A stretch of 64,000 nt of DNA, taken from assembly GCA_963667565.1 (NCBI GenBank), contig OY763415.1, forward strand, positions 480,001 to 544,000. The letters run 5' to 3'. Shown one piece after another: positions 62,079 to 64,000 of the stretch; the stretch's first letter is position 1; each line of letters starts with the position of its first letter. The stretch comes from Acholeplasmataceae bacterium (GTDB taxonomy: Bacteria; Bacillota_I; Bacilli_A; Acholeplasmatales; Acholeplasmataceae). The position numbers and the translations under genes were made by a program. The notes beneath the pieces are model-generated. The model was not told where the DNA came from, did not search any database, and saw only the letters and a list, made by a program, of their open reading frames with translations.

Positions 62079-62969
62079 ATGAGTTTAAAACCATATAAAT
62101 TAGTCTTAGATACTTGGTTAATAGCTAAAGAAAAACAGATTAAATCTTCAAGCTATTCTAATTATTATAGTATTATAAATAATCAAATCATTCCTTATTT
62201 TGGTCACTTGAGTGTAGATGACTTGGATCAAACTAAACTACATGAATATTGTGAAACACATCTTTTAAACAAATCCAATTCATATATTCTGGACATCCTA
62301 AATATTATGATTCAAAGTTTGGAACCATATCCTTCAAAAAAAGATATGCTAATTCAATACATAAAAGAGAACATTAGTACGAATAGAAATAAAAATCAAA
62401 ATGGTTATTTAGACAAAAAGAACATTGAAAGAATGATATTTATTATTAAAAATAATAACATAAAATACAAATTAGGCTTTTTACTTCCAATCTTAACAGG
62501 TATGAGAATCGGTGAAGTATGTGCCCTAAAGTATAAAAATGTTGATTATAGAAATAAATATATCGAAGTAAATCATACTGTTTATAGAATAAAAGATGGT
62601 GCCAATACTAAGTTAAAATTGCTTACTCCAAAGACCAGAAATAGTCAAAGAATTATTCCAATTCATGAAGAATTAATGCATCAATTAAATAATTACACTG
62701 ACGAAAATGCATTTATACTAACAGGCAAACCTTATCCACTAGATCCTAGAATTTTGAGAAGACATTTTAATGTTTTTATCAATCACTATAAATTTCCAAA
62801 AATAAGATTTCATGACTTAAGACATTCATTTGCAACGACATGTTTAGAAAATGGAATTGACTATAAAAGTTTAAGTGAACTTTTAGGACATTCTAGTGTT
62901 TCAACAACATTAAATATTTATGTACATTCAAATAATGATAAAAAAAGAGCATTTATCAACAAAATTTGA
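62079..62969 (+). CDS. Tyrosine site-specific recombinase (putative invertase)
   Basis: Catalytic set intact: TGMRIGE (R), TPKT (K), FHDLRH (HxxR), LLGH (H), NIYVH (Y); SAM-like N-domain but no arm-binding extension; RBS GAAAGGA. Confidence 0.92.
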   Translation: MSLKPYKLVLDTWLIAKEKQIKSSSYSNYYSIINNQIIPYFGHLSVDDLDQTKLHEYCETHLLNKSNSYILDILNIMIQSLEPYPSKKDMLIQYIKENISTNRNKNQNGYLDKKNIERMIFIIKNNNIKYKLGFLLPILTGMRIGEVCALKYKNVDYRNKYIEVNHTVYRIKDGANTKLKLLTPKTRNSQRIIPIHEELMHQLNNYTDENAFILTGKPYPLDPRILRRHFNVFINHYKFPKIRFHDLRHSFATTCLENGIDYKSLSELLGHSSVSTTLNIYVHSNNDKKRAFINKI

Positions 62970-62975
62970 TGAAAA

Positions 62976-62999
62976 GTCCTTAAATACTACATTAAGGAC
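62976..62999. repeat. Right recombination site (IRR): GTCCTTAA-ATACTACA-TTAAGGAC
   Basis: Starts 6 bp after the recombinase stop; exact inverted copy of IRL. Confidence 0.93.
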
Positions 63000-63020
63000 T
63001 AAACAATAGGAGGGGAAACT

Positions 63021-63371
63021 ATGCACTGGATTGACGATTTAACAGATGAACAACGAAAGGAAATATATTTAAGATACAAGAGATTATGTGATCAGATTCT
63101 AAGTGTGATGTTTATATCATTTTTTATGATGATTGTTTCAATGTATTATATAGTGACTAAAAATGATTATGCATTATTTATCGTCTCAATTACATCACAT
63201 GGAATTCTTGGTGGTATTTTAATGATTTATGGGAATACCATATATGCAGTAAAATACAAAAAAAACAATTTGAAAAATAAGTATCGTATGATTGGATTAT
63301 ATTTTGGATTATATTTTATACCTTTACTTTCATCATATATTATTGAACAAATAGCTACGATAAGAGAATAA
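63021..63371 (+). CDS. Hypothetical membrane protein (about 3 TM), predicted switch target
   Basis: Strong RBS AGGAGGGG; ATG lies 21 bp after IRR, leaving no room for its own promoter. Confidence 0.75.
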   Translation: MHWIDDLTDEQRKEIYLRYKRLCDQILSVMFISFFMMIVSMYYIVTKNDYALFIVSITSHGILGGILMIYGNTIYAVKYKKNNLKNKYRMIGLYFGLYFIPLLSSYIIEQIATIRE

Positions 63372-63372
63372 A

Positions 63373-63394
63373 AAAGCCTTTCTAAAAAGGCTTT
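63373..63394. terminator. Bidirectional terminator between the switch target and rarA
   Basis: AAAGCCTTT-CTAA-AAAGGCTTT. Confidence 0.7.
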
Positions 63395-63998
63395 ATCTTT
63401 TTTTATGTTTTAATTTATCCAATTGCTCGAGTCTATCAGCTAAAGCTTTTTCATAACTAGACTCTTTTTTTGGTATGTAATAAACATGTGATTGAATTTT
63501 TTCTGGTAAATACTGTTGTTCGTTGATGCTATTTTCATCAGCATGAGGGTATTTATAAATTTCAGGATTTTTAGCAATTTCACGATTACTTGCTTGTGGA
63601 GGAATAGCTCCACAGTCTTCATTTTGATAAACTTCCATAGCTTTGTCTAAAGCAAGATACCCAGTATTAGATTTAGGAGATAATGCCATATCTACAACAA
63701 TGACTGACAATATAATTCTTGCTTCTGGCAATCCTACTTTTAATGCACTTTCACAAGCACTTGCTACTTTAACACCCATCATGGGATTTGCAAGCCCAAT
63801 ATCTTCATATGCAATCACTAAAAGTCGTCTGATAATGGATTGAAGATCTTCTAAAGTAATCAGTCTTGCTAAATAATGAACACTTGCATCTACATCAGAA
63901 CCTCTAATGGATTTTTGTAATGCAGATAATAAGTCATAAAAATTATCTTGATTTTTATCTAAATCATGATGAACTTTACCACTGACTCTATAAACAAC
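63393..63998 (-). CDS. rarA: Replication-associated recombination protein A, C-terminal part (5'-truncated by the window edge)
   Basis: The frame is open to the window edge: FYDLLSALQKSIRGSDVDA, AYEDIGLANP, GLPEARI, SPKSN, YKYPH and QQYLP. Confidence 0.92.
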   Translation of the reverse strand, partial: VVYRVSGKVHHDLDKNQDNFYDLLSALQKSIRGSDVDASVHYLARLITLEDLQSIIRRLLVIAYEDIGLANPMMGVKVASACESALKVGLPEARIILSVIVVDMALSPKSNTGYLALDKAMEVYQNEDCGAIPPQASNREIAKNPEIYKYPHADENSINEQQYLPEKIQSHVYYIPKKESSYEKALADRLEQLDKLKHKKR

Positions 63999-64000
63999 AT

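Larger units (their letters stand above)
61988..62999. mobile_element. Putative invertible DNA segment (about 1 kb) carrying its own tyrosine recombinase and an outward-facing promoter
   Basis: 24/24 inverted sites bracket the recombinase gene; a consensus promoter lies 11 bp inside IRL. Confidence 0.82.

Noticed and set aside
62079..62969. Prophage or ICE integrase marking an integrated element
   Set aside because: There are no phage or conjugation genes, no excisionase and no direct att repeats; the flanking sites are inverted, which predicts inversion rather than excision.
61988..62999. IS element with terminal inverted repeats
   Set aside because: The enzyme is a tyrosine recombinase, not a DDE transposase; the repeats are internally dyadic core sites; no target-site duplication is evident.

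Overview
AT-rich bacterial chromosome segment read in genetic code 11 (TGA is used as a stop, Trp is TGG). Gene content and order point to an Acholeplasmatales/Izemoplasmatales-type Mollicute or a close low-GC Bacillota relative: ftsZ-ychF-yggS-sepF-ileS has no ftsA, divIVA or mur genes, and recU has no ponA next to it. This taxonomic call is an inference. Most of the window is housekeeping and transport: tgt, ftsZ, ileS, deoC/deoD, thyA-folA-plsC, pdp, recU, rnj, rarA and ABC exporters. It also holds tmRNA, an Ile T-box, a TPP riboswitch and a preQ1-I riboswitch. Two compact accessory cassettes stand out. (1) At 61988-63371, a 296-aa tyrosine recombinase gene lies between two perfect 24-bp inverted sites (8-bp arms around an 8-bp asymmetric spacer). 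The same segment carries a perfect outward-facing TTGACA-N17-TATAAT promoter. As assembled, that promoter fires into a terminator; inversion would place it directly in front of a 116-aa membrane-protein gene. This is a candidate self-contained phase-variation switch. (2) At 7979-10430, an Rgg/PlcR-like (RRNPP-type) regulator is divergent from a signal-peptide-bearing precursor. The precursor has about four nucleotide-identical 17-aa repeats plus one recoded variant copy, and is followed by two membrane proteins. This is a candidate multi-copy peptide signalling system. All calls come from reading motifs by eye; no database searches were run.
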